Shown here: positions 23,426 to 36,483 of the stretch, one piece after another
Layout of the letters: each line of letters starts with the position of its first letter
Numbering within the stretch: position 1 is the stretch's first letter
Assembly (NCBI RefSeq): GCF_009914755.1
Contig: NC_060932.1
Length of the DNA stretch: 64,000 nucleotides
Source of the DNA: the human T2T-CHM13v2.0 reference genome, Homo sapiens
Strand: one strand, 5' to 3'
The notes under the pieces: generated by a model
Databases searched by the model: none
What the model saw: only the letters and a program-made list of their open reading frames with translations
What the model was told of the DNA's origin: nothing
Translations under genes and position numbers: made by a program

Positions 23426-25171
23426 ACGAACTCTAAGTGTTCAGGAAAAAGGAAGAGTCATGCATCTGTCACTGTAAATAAAAAACTAGAAATGATTAAG
23501 GTTAGCGAGGAAAGCTGATATAAGTCAAAAGCTAGGGCTTTTGTGTCAAACAGTCAAAATGTGAATGCATAGAAAAAGTTTTTGAAGAAAATCAAAAGTG
23601 CTACTCCAGTGAGCACATGATTGATAAAAAAGCAAAACAGCCTTATTGCTAATATGGAGAAAGTTTTAGTAGTCTGGATGGAAGATCAAACCAGCCACAA
23701 CATACCCTTAAGCCAAAGCCTTATCCAGAGCAAGGGCCAAACTCTCTTCAGTTCTACAAAGAATGAGAAAGGTGAGGAAGCTGCAGAAGAAAAGTTTGAA
23801 GCTAGCAGAGTTTGGCTGATGAGGTTTAAGGAAAGAAGCTGTCTCCATAGCATAAAAATGCAAATTGAAGCCACAAGGGCTGATGAAGAAGGTACAGCAA
23901 GTGATCCAGAAGATCCAGCTAAGCTAATTGATAAAAGTGGCTACATTAACAGATTTACAATGTAGACAAAACAGCCTTCTATCAAAAGAAGATGCCATCT
24001 AGGAAGTTCATAGGTAGAGAGAAAAAATAGCGCCTGGCTTCAAAACTTCAAAGGACGGGCTGACTCTCTCATTAGCAAATAATGCAGCTGGTGACTTTAA
24101 GTTGAGGCCAATGCTCATTTACCATTCTGAAAATCCTGGCGTCCTTAAGAATTATGCTAAATTTACTCCACCTGAACTGTATAAATGGACCAATAAAGCC
24201 TAGATGACTCCACATCTGTTTCAGCATGGTTTCCTGGATTTTTTAAGCCCACTGTTCAGACCTACTGTTAATTTTAAAAGATTCCTTCCAAAATATTACT
24301 TTGTAATGACAATGCATCTGGTCATCCAAGAACACTGATGTAGATGTACAAGGAGATTTCATGCCTACTAACACAATGTCCATTCTGCAGCCCATGTATC
24401 AAGGAATAATTTTGACTTTCAAATCTTATTATTGAAGAAATTCACTTCAAAAGGCTATAGCTGCCATAAATATTGATTCCTCTTATGGATCTGGGCAAAG
24501 TAAATTGAAAATCTTCTGGAAAGGATTCAGTATTCGAGATGTCATCACTTACATTGGTGATTCACGGGAAAAGGTCAAAATATCAACATTAATAGGAGTT
24601 TTGAAGAAGTAGACTCCAGCCCTCATGGATGAATTTAAGGGGTTCAAGACTTCATTGGAGAAAGTCACTGCAGATGTGATGAAAATAGCAAGAGAACTAG
24701 AATTAGAATTGGAGTCTGAAGATGTGACTGAATTGCTGCAACTTCATGATAAAAATTTAATGACTGAGGAGTTACTTCTTATGAATAAGCAAAGAAAGTG
24801 ATTTTTTGAGAGGGAATCTACTCTTGATGAAAATGCTACGAGCGTGTCAAAATGACAACAGAGTTTAGGATATTACCTCAATTTAGTTGATAAAGCACCA
24901 TCAGAGTTTGAGAGGATTGACCAGTTTTGAGAGAAGTTCTACTATATGTAAAATGCTATTGAAAAGCATCACATGCTACAGATAAGTCTTTTGTGAAAAG
25001 AAGAATAAATTAATGCAGCAGACATCATTGTTTTGATATTTTAAGAAATTGCCACAGCCACTTCAACCTTCAGGAAGCACCATTCTGTTCAGTCATTAGC
25101 TATCAACAGTGAGGCAAGACCCTCCACCAGCAAAAAGATTATGACTTGCTGAAGGCTCAGATGATTGTTAG
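23426..25171 (+). pseudogene. Decayed Tigger1 transposase (CENP-B HTH plus DDE; TIGD1-like)
   Basis: Start ATG->ACG at 23426; ORF 23621-23965 [41 protein letters not shown]; motifs NVDKTA, NDNASGHP, ILQPMYQG (catalytic Asp->Tyr); frameshifts and stops. Confidence 0.9.
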
Positions 25172-25444
25172 CATTTTTAGGAACAAAGTATTTTAAAATA
25201 AAGGTACCTACATTATTGTTAGACATAATGTTATTGCACACTTAGTAGACTACAGTGTAGTATAAATATAACTTTTGTATGCACTGGGAAATCAAAAAAT
25301 TTGTGTGACTCACTTTATTACAATATTCACTTTATTGCAGTAGTTTGGAACTGAACCCTCAATATCTCCCAGGTATGCCTGTAATTATTTTCTTGGAGAC
25401 TATTGACAGTTCACATTTTCCTCTCTTAATAAAAAAAAAATATA

Positions 25445-25660
25445 TATGGTATACCAGGAAGGATTTTGGTTATGGTGCAAAGAGAAACACAAGTCCAATC
25501 TTAAATTTTGTAAAAATTACATAATTTATTTGAGCCACAGTTTTCATATCTGTAAAATAGAAGTTTTAATCGCCACTATAGAGGATTGTTGTGGCAATAA
25601 AAGGAGATGGGATTAAAGTGACTTTTATGCACTCATAAGTGCCTAAGAATTATTACCTCT
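25445..25660 (+). mobile_element. MIR fragment
   Basis: tttgagccacagttttcatatctgtaaaatag..ggattgttgtggcaataaa. Confidence 0.65.
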
Positions 25661-25909
25661 CCTGTCTTTATTCAACTTGGCTTGTTGCCCGAATATTTCA
25701 AATTACAGAGAAGGCAAAGAAAACAAAACAATTAAGAGATGACTTTGTGTCAGGCCCATGATTATTATTTCATCTTAATGAATATCGAGCTTATGAATTT
25801 AGAATATTTCAATGTGGCATTCTGGAAATGATGAAATTAACAGTATTGTAGGGGTAGCTTATTTTATAAAACCACTGAATTAAGACATTTGTTGGCCTGT
25901 GTGTTGGGC

Positions 25910-27380
25910 TTCTAACTTTTCCGTTATGTTTGTCATAACTCTTTTTGTTTCAAAAGAGAAAAAAATAACTCAAGCTGACTTAAAACATACAGGAAATTTT
26001 ATTTGCTTCACATAATTAAAAGTCCAGAAATAAGATTTAGGGCTATTTTTTAATACTTGGATTCTTTTTTATTTTTAAATATTTAATTGACAAGTGAAAA
26101 TTTTATATATTCGAGGTATACAATGTGATGATTGATACATATGTGCATCATGTCCTGATAATGACAGTCCAATTAATCAACACATCTATCATCATTCATA
26201 GTCACCATTTTGTATATGTGTTGATGAGGACACTTAAAATACCCTCTTATCAAATTTCAAGTAAATAGCACAGTATTATTAACTATAGTCACCATGATGT
26301 ACATTAAATGCTCAGAACTTAACTGAAAATTTGCACCCTTGGACAGCACCCCTTTTCCCCATTTCCGCCCATGGTCACCACCCTTCTACTCTCTGCTTCT
26401 ATGAATTTCACCTTTTTAGACTCCACATATGTAAATGAGATCATACAGCAGATGTCTTTCTGGGTCTATCTTATTTTAGTTAGCATAATTTCCTCCAGTT
26501 CCAGCCATGTTGTCACAAATGAAAGGATTTCCTTCTTTTTATGACTGAATAATATTTCATTGTACACATACGCACACGCACGCACGCATACACGCACACA
26601 TTTTCTTTATACATTCATAGACGATCAATGGATACTTAGGTCATCTTTATATCTTGGCTATTTTGAATAATCCTGCAAAATATATGGGGCTGCAGACCTC
26701 TCTTTGACATACTGATTTCATTTCCTTTGGATATAAACCCATAAGTAGGACTGCTCAATTGTATGGTAATTTTATTTTTAATTTTTAAAGGAATGTTTAA
26801 ACTGTTTTCTGTAATGGCTCCACCGATTTACATTGCCACCAACAATGTAAAAGCGTTCTCATTTCTCCACACTCACAATTGATTCAGGGTTGGTTTGACG
26901 GAAAGACTTAACAATATCACCAAGGACGTGCATGTATGTGCATGTGTGCATGTGTGTGTGTCTATTACTCTACTCTCACCTTTGCTGTGGGTTCAGTTTC
27001 ATCCAAAGGCAGATAAACCCAAGGATGAATTGCCTATAGCAATTTCAGGGTGTTCATATTCAAACACTATGTCTTCTCTTTTCTTACCTGTCTGAGAATA
27101 ATAAGCAAGATTCTTACCTCAGTGCCCTTGGTAAATCCTCGCCTTTCATCTAACTGGCTTAAATTGAGTCACGTATGCCCAATTGGGACCCAAATCCTGT
27201 GCATCATAATTCCAAGAGGTAGCTGCCTTTGGTCTACATTACCTGAACCAATCACTCCATAAAAGTGAAGGGATTACCCTGATTGGCTTTGACCATCAAA
27301 AGTTCCCCATGGAGCTTGGATGGGTTTAACTTCCCCAATGATAAATGGGCTAATTAAAAAATACATGGATCTCTTAATTA
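25910..27380 (-). mobile_element. Old MLT1-type LTR, interrupted by L1MA at 26065-26875
   Basis: aactcaagctgacttaaaac..ggaaattttatttgcttcacataattaaaaagtccaga resumes as ttcagggttgg..aacaatatcaccaaggac. Confidence 0.6.
26065..26875 (-). mobile_element. L1MA9-like 3' end
   Basis: tttaattgacaag..gaggtatacaatgtgatgatt..tcaaatttcaagtaaatagcacagtattattaactatagtcaccatg. Confidence 0.9.
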
Positions 27381-27670
27381 AGAGATATATGGATTCATAA
27401 TAAAAAGTCAAAAAACAATACATGTTGTCATGGTTTGGTAAAAAGGGAATGCTTATACACTGCTGCTGGGAATGTAAATTAGTACAACCCCTACTCTACC
27501 TCTAGTCAACAGTATGGAGAGTTCTTAAAGAACTAAAAGTAGATCTACCATTTGATCCAGCAATCCCACTACTGGGTATCTACCCAAAGGAAAAGAAGTC
27601 ATTATATCAAAAACACACCTGTACATGTATGTTTATCACGTCACAATTCACAATTGCAAAGCTATGGGAC

Positions 27671-28105
27671 TGAGGCAGAAGAATAGGATCTGGGGCAGGG
27701 AATCTAAGGACTTCCTAGAACTAAATCAAACAGAAAAACCCCAACTTTCCATGACTAAGTAAATAACTCTGTAACTCTACTTCATCTATGACAGGAAATG
27801 TCCTCTTCATTTGCATAGGGTATACACCAAGTAAATAACTTTGTAACTTCACTTCAGCCTCTTCATTTACATAAGGCATATACCAAGTAACCAATGGGAA
27901 ACTTCTATGGGGTATTTAAAACCCAGAAATTTCTGTAACCAAGTTCTTGAGCCACTTGCTCGGCCCACTCCCACCCTGTGGAATGTGCTTTTGTTTTCAA
28001 TAAAACTCTACCTTTGTGGTTTCATTATTTTCTTGCTTTATTTATGCATTTTGTCCAATTGTTTGTTCAAAACGCCACGAACCTGGACACCCTCCATCGG
28101 TAACA
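27671..28105 (+). mobile_element. MER51 (B/C-like) ERV1 solo LTR
   Basis: TGAGGCAG..GAATAGG start, CCTGGACACCCTCCATCGGTAACA end, AATAAA 27999-28004, 4-bp TSD ggac/gaac. Confidence 0.9.
27791..27920 (+). promoter_or_regulatory. LTR promoter module: ETS-like, octamer, CCAAT and TATA-like motifs
   Basis: acaggaaatg 27791; ATTTGCAT 27809-27816; ATTTACAT 27865; CCAAT 27891; TATTTAAA 27913. Activity untested. Confidence 0.5.
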
Positions 28106-28799
28106 GAACCAACTTAAGTGCCCATTGACCAATGAGTGGATAAAGAAAATTTGGCAAACATGCACCATGGAATACTACTCAGCCATAAAAAAGGAATGAA
28201 ATAATGTCTTTTGCAGCAACTTGGGTGGAGCTGGAGGTCATTATTCTAAATGAAGTAACTCAGGAATGGAAAACCAAATACTGTATGTTCTCACTTATAA
28301 GTGGGAGCTAAGCTGTGGGTACACGAAGGCATACAGAGTGATAGAATGAACTATAAAGACTCAGAAGAGGGAGGGTGGGAGGGGCGAGAGGGATAAAACA
28401 CTACATAATGAATACAATATGTTATGCACCCACTACTCTTGTTGACAGGTGCACTAAAATCTCAGACTTCACTACACAATTCTTACATGTAACCAAAACC
28501 CACTTGTACCCCAAAAGCTATTGAAATTAATAAAAAAATTTTTTTAAAAAGGGTGAAACTTAAAAAAAGAGACAGATGGATCCAAATACTATAAAAAGGG
28601 GGGAAAGGAAAATGATTCCAGATAGATAAGAAAAAATGTTCACCTCCATAGTCAAAGAGTTGATAAACTAGATAAGACAGAGATGTGGACATGGACATAA
28701 ATGTGCATTTAGTCATGAACATAGATATAGATATATGAAAAACATTTTATCCAATAACAAAAATGTATGTAAGTTTAAGTATGGTCACTACAGAAAAGC

Positions 28800-29120
28800 A
28801 TCAATAAAAATGACCCAGAATATTACCATTCAGACATAATTACTCTTAATATTTTGGTGTATATACTATACTAGTATTTTTCACATATGTAACTTATGTA
28901 TAACACATGTAATTATTTTTAAAAATTAAAATCACACTATACATTTTATTTCCATTCTGCTTTTTTCACTTATCAACACATTATGAAAATGTTCATATGG
29001 CTGGCATTATAAAAACTTGGCATTTATATTCTTATTTTTATTACTCTAAAATATAAGTTTTGATAGCTACATAGTAGTACATACTATGGATGTATTATAA
29101 TTTGTTTAAGCATTTATTTA
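28800..29120 (-). mobile_element. Old L1ME/MC 3' fragment
   Basis: ttctgctttttcacttatcaacacattatg..gatagctacatagtagtac..ggatgtattataattt. Confidence 0.55.
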
Positions 29121-29128
29121 TCGTCATA

Positions 29129-29447
29129 CAGCCATTCTTTGGTGTCCATGAGGTATTCCAGGACCCTTTGTGGATAGCAAACTCTGCAGATGCTCAAGTT
29201 CCTTATATAAAATGGCATGGTATTTGCATATAACCTGTGTATATTCTCCTGCATATTTTAAATCATCCCTAGATTACTTATAATGTATCTAGTACAATGT
29301 AAATACTATGTAAATAGTTGTACACTGTTTTTTATTTTTATTATTTTTTATTGTTGTATTGTTATTTTTATTGTTTTTAATAATATTTTTTAACCTTGGT
29401 TCATTGAATCTATAGATGCAAAATCCCTGGATACAAAGGGCCAGCAG
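29129..29447 (+). mobile_element. MER2 (TcMar-Tigger) non-autonomous element
   Basis: TA-CAG start; ttccaggacc..gatgctcaagttccttatataaaatggc..ggatacaaagggcc end. Confidence 0.9.
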
Positions 29448-29529
29448 CACTTTCTAAAATCACTTCCTAATTTTCTCTCTCTTATGCTATTCATCAATAA
29501 ACACTAAGTTCATTAACCGAATTCTTACC

Positions 29530-29742
29530 CAAAGTTTGAGACCCTAAAGTCAGACAAACCTAGACTAACATTATGACTTTACCACTTATTAGCCATGTGA
29601 TCAGAGGAGGTAAGTTGTTTACCTTCTCTGACCTCAGTTTCCTAGGAATAATAATAGTACTGTCCACATAGACCTGTGGTGGTAACTAAATGAAGTAATG
29701 CATGTAAAGTATCTGACACATAAAAGGAACTCAGTGGTTACC
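29530..29742 (+). mobile_element. MIR
   Basis: gtcagacaaacctag..ccacttattagccatgtga..ctctgacctcagtttcct..taatgcatgtaaagt. Confidence 0.8.
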
Positions 29743-30329
29743 ATCCTCAATCAGAATAGAGAGTTCCTATATGACAAGAAAAAATAGTTCCTTTCCTAAG
29801 CTAATCTCATTTCTGGGAGATTGCTAGTGGAACTGACTTTATATACTAAGTATGTCTTTGTTGTCTGAATCTATCTTCATGTCAATGAGCAATAGGTAAC
29901 CTACTAAGTGACGTATTTGCAAAGTCAAAAACTTTTGACAATATTACTTCTTCAAGATTATCGGCCATTTAAAATATTACAAATCTAATGTGGAAAGATA
30001 ATGGTGATATTGCTGAATTTTTAAATACAGTTATTGAAAGTGACATTATTTCTAAAACTAGAAATTCACTGACTTCAAGAACTAAAAGGAAGCTCGAGAT
30101 TGACTAATCTTTTGCCCATCTTTCATATATGGAGGCAACAGAACACATGCCCATGGTAGGAAATAACAGGTGGCTCTGAGTCCTAAAGGTTATTTTTTAG
30201 TGTTCTCTACAAAGGATATGAAGGTAAAACCCTAAAAGGATTCAATAGCCAAAAGATCCCAAATAAGTAGAGAAGCATTTGAAATTCTTGTTCATAGCCA
30301 TTGTGAAGGGTACAATCACATACCTAGGC

Positions 30330-30526
30330 CAGGGTTTCTTAGTTTCACCACTATTGACTTTTTGGGCTAGATGATCCTTTGTCGTGCTGTACATTGCAGA
30401 GTATTTAGCGGCATCCCTGTCCTATACGCTAGATTTATCCCTCCCTCATTTCTGACAGCCAAATTAGCTATAGGCATACCCAAATATCCTTCGGGGAATA
30501 AAATCTACCCCGATGGAAAACTACTG
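30330..30526 (-). mobile_element. MER20
   Basis: cagggtttctt..cactattgactttttgggc..gaaaactactg; degenerate 8-bp TSD acctaggc/aattaggc. Confidence 0.88.
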
Positions 30527-30877
30527 AATTAGGCTGCAAAGAATATACAGTGCTGATTCTCTTCCTCATTTATCTTATATGCACAGATAATATAAAGTAG
30601 TGGGAATGTGGCAAGAAATGTTCTCCACCTTTCTCCCCTGTCCAAACTAGAATTACAGAAGGGGGCCATGTAAATCAAGTCAGAGAAAGAATGGAGACAT
30701 GTGTATTATATTAATTTACTAGAAATTTTCTGACAGAAAGTCAATACTGTCAGTAACATGTCCTCTTGCCCACCTCAGAAAATACTTAGTTCTTTTTATC
30801 TCTCCCTTTGTAGGACTCATTATCTATTTCCTTCTCCTATTTAGTATAAGCTCCAGTGAATTAATACTCTAACTCTA

Positions 30878-31113
30878 GGATGTGAGAGTGATCTGGCTCT
30901 GACATCTGTCACTCCATTTATTACCAGCATTGATTTGGCTGATCTGACTGGCCAGGGCGTGTCTGCTTTCTCCCTCACTGCTCCATCTGTGTCCTCCCAG
31001 AAGCTGCAAGCTCAGTCAAAGAGGACAACCTTCTCCAATAGAGGAGGACTATGCCTCTGTCAAGGGTATATGAGTAGCTGTGCTCCCCTAATAGAACCTC
31101 CAAACAAGCTCTC
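30878..31113 (+). pseudogene. RN7SKP: 7SK snRNA retropseudogene, 3'-truncated near nt 237, no poly(A)
   Basis: GGATGTGAGAGTGATCTGGCTCTGACATCTGTCAC..GAAGCTGC..AGAGGAGGAC..CAAGGGTATATGAGTAGCTGTGCTCCCCT..AGAACCTCCAAACAAGCTCTC is colinear with 7SK from nt 1; most CpGs decayed. Confidence 0.96.
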
Positions 31114-31249
31114 TAAGTCTAAGGCCAGGGAGGGCAAGGGGAACTAGGAGAGAGATCAAATGGGTACAATGGACCCCACACCCATGACAGTATAAGGTGA
31201 TGATAGAGAGTTCAAAGAGACGTGGTTTCTCTTCGATAGAGATGGGCAG

Positions 31250-31669
31250 TATTATGGGTTAAATTGTGGCATGTATAAATGTGTATGTTAAGGTTGTAAG
31301 CCCTAGTACCTCAGAATATGGTTTTATTTGATAATGGGGTCACTGTAGATATAATTAGGTGAGATGGGAAAAGGTGGGCCCTAATCCAATATGACTAGTG
31401 TCGTTATAAGAAACAGAAGTTTGGACACAAATGCACTCCCAGGGAATAGAACACCATGTAAAGATAGGAGTTTCCTGCCACAAGCCAGGGAACAACCAGA
31501 AGCTCAGAGAGAGGCCTCCAGGAGATCCTTTGTTAGCACCTTAAGAGGGAGCATGGCCCTGCCAACACCCATCACAGACTTCCAGTCTCCAAAACTATGA
31601 GACAATAAAGTTCTGTTGCCTACACCATTCAGTCTGTGGTGCTCTGTTAGGGAAGACCTCACAAATACA
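31250..31669 (+). mobile_element. MLT1B/C-like MaLR solo LTR
   Basis: ttatgggttaaattgtg..gggccctaatccaatatgact..gagcatggccctgccaacacc..aataca; TSD ggcag/ggcgg. Confidence 0.9.
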
Positions 31670-32139
31670 GGCGGTCATGACTAAAGAAAGGTAGTCACAC
31701 CAGGTGAGGATTTGGTGAGGGAAGCCAAATGAAATAAAGGGGTCCATCACAGGTTCCCACTCTCTCTGACGTGATATGGGTTGAAATATATATATATTTG
31801 GGTTGAAATACATAATGAATATATACTTTTACATCTTCTGGAATCAATGTCTGGCAGAACATAAAATGTGTTTGTTAATGGATGTTTGCTATCTTCCTTT
31901 CTACTGAGTGTTGATTTTTAGTAGTCACTATAATTTTACGGATGTAGTGCCATATCTGAATATTCTGAGTTTCTGAATTCTGTGCCTCCTTCTTCAAAGA
32001 TCAAGAAACTCAAGTTTAAGTTTCAAATCTGTCACCTCCAAGAGAGAAGCTCATCAGGTTTAGGAATATAATGAACCAAGAGTTGAAAAGAGATATAATT
32101 TTATTTTATTTTTCTAATCGTGGCCCACCCCTCCAATAG

Positions 32140-32330
32140 TACTTTCACCTCACAAACTGCAAAGTGCTTTCACCTACAAAGATTCACCTGTTTCTACCAA
32201 CAACTCAAAGAAGTAAAAGAGAAGTCTGTTACCATTGCACAGATGCAGAAAATGGAAGCCTAGAAAAATTGTGACTTTCTCAAGGGGACTGACACAGCTA
32301 GTTGAAATGGTCTCGTATCCTTTTCTTTAT
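32140..32330 (-). mobile_element. MIR fragment
   Basis: caaagtgctttcacc..ccattgcacagatgcagaaaatggaagcctag. Confidence 0.6.
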
Positions 32331-33204
32331 ACCAGAATGTTTTTTTTGTCATGAGAGAAATATTCCAGCACACATAGATAAAAGATTCACTCTGCCCATT
32401 CTCTTTAAGAAAAGGACACTTGATTTACTGTTATGTACTCTTAAGGATGGGGGCCAGCTTTGGGGTTTGGTCCAGACTTAAGATCTTGATTCCCAACCAT
32501 GGCCTTTTGGTTTCTTGACCCTCCTATTAACTTACCAGACTTGAGTCATAATTCTGGATGATCTGGCATAGGATCTTTGACTCAGGAGAGTCTCATAAAA
32601 GCTCTTCTGGGAAACTGCACACTAATGCCAGAGTTTCACACAATTGAGGTATCTTTATAGAGTCCCAGATAAATGTTACAAAATGTTACTTCCACACCAC
32701 CTCCTGCCTGAAGGCCCTAGCATAAAAAGATGCATTTCTCATCGAGATGCAGTAGTTTTCCTATCTCCATTTGTCTTTGCCAAACCAGGTCAGGAAATCA
32801 GCCCAGAATGTAAGGTTGTGGTTTGCTTTTTTAGACTCATAAAATGTTAATGCTGCAAGTAATCTAAGAGATAGTCTGTTTTAACATCGTCTTGCTAAGA
32901 ACACTGAGACCCTTAGGTGATAGCAAATTTGGCCAGTGACATAGAGAAGTTAATAACGAGGCTGTTATTCTAATCTAGGGTTCTTAATTCCTAATTCAGT
33001 ATTCTTTGCAATATGTTATCAGGTATCTATTGACCCAAATATTTCCAAAACATCATTATTGACCTTCTACTCCCATTTCATGGATGAAAGCAGTCACCAA
33101 TATGAAGTATGATTTGTCAAGCATTGTTGAAAACTTCCAACTGATCCCAGGTCCCACTCTGTTGTCTGAAGTGGTGCCCGCTTATTCAACATAAGTTACT
33201 AAAT

Positions 33205-34320
<1,116 letters not shown>

Positions 34321-34339
34321 GAAACTACTCTCCTAGAGT

Positions 34340-34495
34340 ATATCTTTGACTCTTCAGAGTCACTGGGTCTTTTTAAAATCGGATAGAAACTCTGGGGACT
34401 CTATCCAGAAAAAGGCACATATGCACATATACAAACAATTTTTCATGCAATTTCAGATGTTTCATGAGCTCTCTGAAGCCCATGAATGAATGAGA
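34340..34495 (-). mobile_element. hAT-Charlie element (Charlie4z-like)
   Basis: ccagaaaaaggcacat..aattttcatgcaatttcag..ctgaagcccatg. Confidence 0.6.
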
Positions 34496-34824
34496 CTACA
34501 GATTACAAAGCTCTGTTTTACTGGAAGAATTTAAAGGCAAAAACACTGGGAAACCTAGATTGTCAGTTGCTAATGTCATAGAATGAATCCATTTCCTTCT
34601 GACACTGTTAGTTGGATATTTGTATGCTAATGTGGCAACTGGGGATAAGATTGAAAGCACTTGCCAGGTGGTGACCAGGGGTGGGAGTTGGGGGAGGGAA
34701 CCCCAGACCAGAAACAAAGCACAGTGGGGAATGAGAGAGATGATCATCACCATCACCTCCCAGGTTTCCTGAGTCAGAGCAGAGTCATGGTGCTGAATGA
34801 ATCAATTACATCCTTCCACGTAGG

Positions 34825-35000
34825 AGATTTTATTTAATATTCACAATAACCTTGTGACGTTAGCAAAGGAACACTAGTAGATCCATGTCACAGGATGAAG
34901 CAATTGAAGCTCAGAGAAACTGAGTCACTTTCTTTCCCAAGGTCACACACAGTTAATGGCAGAGATTGAACCAGGTCTGTTTCCTTCCTTTTCAAGGTTG
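34825..35000 (-). mobile_element. MIR fragment
   Basis: ttcacaataaccttgtga..gaagctcagagaaactgagtcact..cccaaggtcacacac. Confidence 0.75.
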
Positions 35001-35194
35001 GTTCTTTTATGGACAAGCAGGTCTAAGACATCAAGATGAAAGTCTCCCTTCTAGTCTGAGTGCTAATCCAGGCTTTCTAGCTTACACTGATAATGCTGTT
35101 AAGAGCATAACATGAATATCCAGAGTACCGCTAAGGGCACAGCATCCAGGAGGCCCTGGGGATGACTTGGGTTGGAGTCATTAAAGACATCATT

Positions 35195-35400
35195 TTCAGT
35201 TTTAGATAGTTCAAATGCCAACCCTGCCACTTATATCCCCGTGAGCCTGGCCAAACTACATAGCCTCATTGGCCTTGAGTTTCCTTGTCTTTAAAGCAGG
35301 GATAATATATTAATCTTCATCCTTGCCAGGCTTCAATGAGACTAAGTTAAAATGCCCTCTGTAAGTGCTAGCTCCTCTTGTGAGGGCTTCAGCAGGCATA
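35195..35400 (+). mobile_element. MIR fragment
   Basis: gttcaaatgccaaccctgccactta..gagtttccttgtctttaaagcagggataat. Confidence 0.7.
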
Positions 35401-36122
35401 GACATTTCTCTGAGATTATGGGTTCTGTCTCCAAGCTCCTGACTCCAATCCCTTTCTCTTATTTCACTCACTGGGGACAACCAGGCTGCCAGAATGGTCT
35501 ACTGACTGACCTGCCTGGAACACACAGCTCTTTTCTATTATCAATAGAATAAAAGATGCCAAGAACATCTGAGACCTTAATACTTAAAGGGACAGTCTTT
35601 ACAGACTTAATGATGGTCTATTTTTAAGCACACAGGATCAGAAATAGTGAACAATATGATTGTGATACGGAAACTTTCTGATGAAGAGTGTTTTTGCAAG
35701 GTCTGTGTCATGGAACATTCCTGCTATGTTTTCTATTCTTACAGAGCTTAAACCTATTCACGTGTTTAGATGGTCACTTGTAAGATTTGAAGGCCAATCA
35801 TCTATCAAGAAATAAAACTAATGCATGTGTCATTCCAATAAACAACCTAGCTAATGCAAAATTGCCAACAATGATTTTTCTTCATTTAAGTAGTTGATGA
35901 TTCATTCAGCATGAGTACATCTTGCCACAATAAAGGAGAGTACTTGCCCACACCATTTATTACAGAGAGAAAAAGAGAAAATGGGTAAGCCAAAACAAAA
36001 CAAAACTAAAACATAGTCTTTGATTTGTGATGCCCATCTACTTGCTAACTTTGTGACTAGACAAACTGGTTAACTTCTTTGAGCTTCCAGTTCTTTATTT
36101 CTCCACTGGGGATGTAATGCAG

Positions 36123-36483
36123 TGTATTAGCTTGTTTTCACACGGCTATAAAGAACTACCTCAGACTGGGTAATTTATAAAGAAAAGAGGCTTAATTGAC
36201 TCACAGTTCACAGGGTTGGGGAAGCCTCGGGAAATTTACAATCATGGCAGAAGGTGAAGGAAAAGCAGGCACCTTCACAAGATGGCAGGAGAGAGAGAGC
36301 AAGGGGGAAGTGCCACACTTTAAAACCATCAGATCTCACGAGAATGCACTCACTATCACGAGAACAGCAAGGGAGAAGTCTGCCCCCATTGTCAAATCAC
36401 CTCCCACTCAGCCCCTCCCTCGACACATGGGAACCACAATTCGACATGAGATTTGGGTGGGGACACAGAGCCAAACCATATCA
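36123..36483 (-). mobile_element. THE1D-like MaLR solo LTR
   Basis: tgtattag..ctataaagaactacctcagactggg..gggtggggacacagagccaaaccatatca. Confidence 0.93.

Larger units (their letters stand above)
22613..25381 (+). mobile_element. Full-length Tigger1 (TcMar/pogo) DNA transposon
   Basis: TIRs (tg)ggcataccttgttttattg.. and ..caatatctcccaggtatgcctg, TA at both flanks (22611-12, 25382-83); internal sequence follows the Tigger1 consensus throughout. Confidence 0.96.
27398..28566 (+). mobile_element. 5'-truncated L1PB (PB3/4-like) 3' end, interrupted by MER51
   Basis: aaagaactaaaagtagatctaccatttgatccagcaatcccactactggg..cacttgtaccccaaaagctattgaaat; TSD aagagatatatggattca (27380-27397)/aagagacagatggatcca (28567-28584). 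Confidence 0.92.

Noticed and set aside
23621-23965. 114-aa ORF resembling TIGD1 as a cellular gene
   Set aside because: It lies within a TIR-flanked Tigger1 with a lost start codon, frameshifts and a mutated catalytic Asp; it is a transposon relic, not TIGD1.
30810-30877. TATA-like agtataag about 30 bp upstream of the 7SK copy as a type-3 Pol III promoter
   Set aside because: No convincing PSE or distal element; retrocopies do not carry the external promoter, and the flank is AT-rich.
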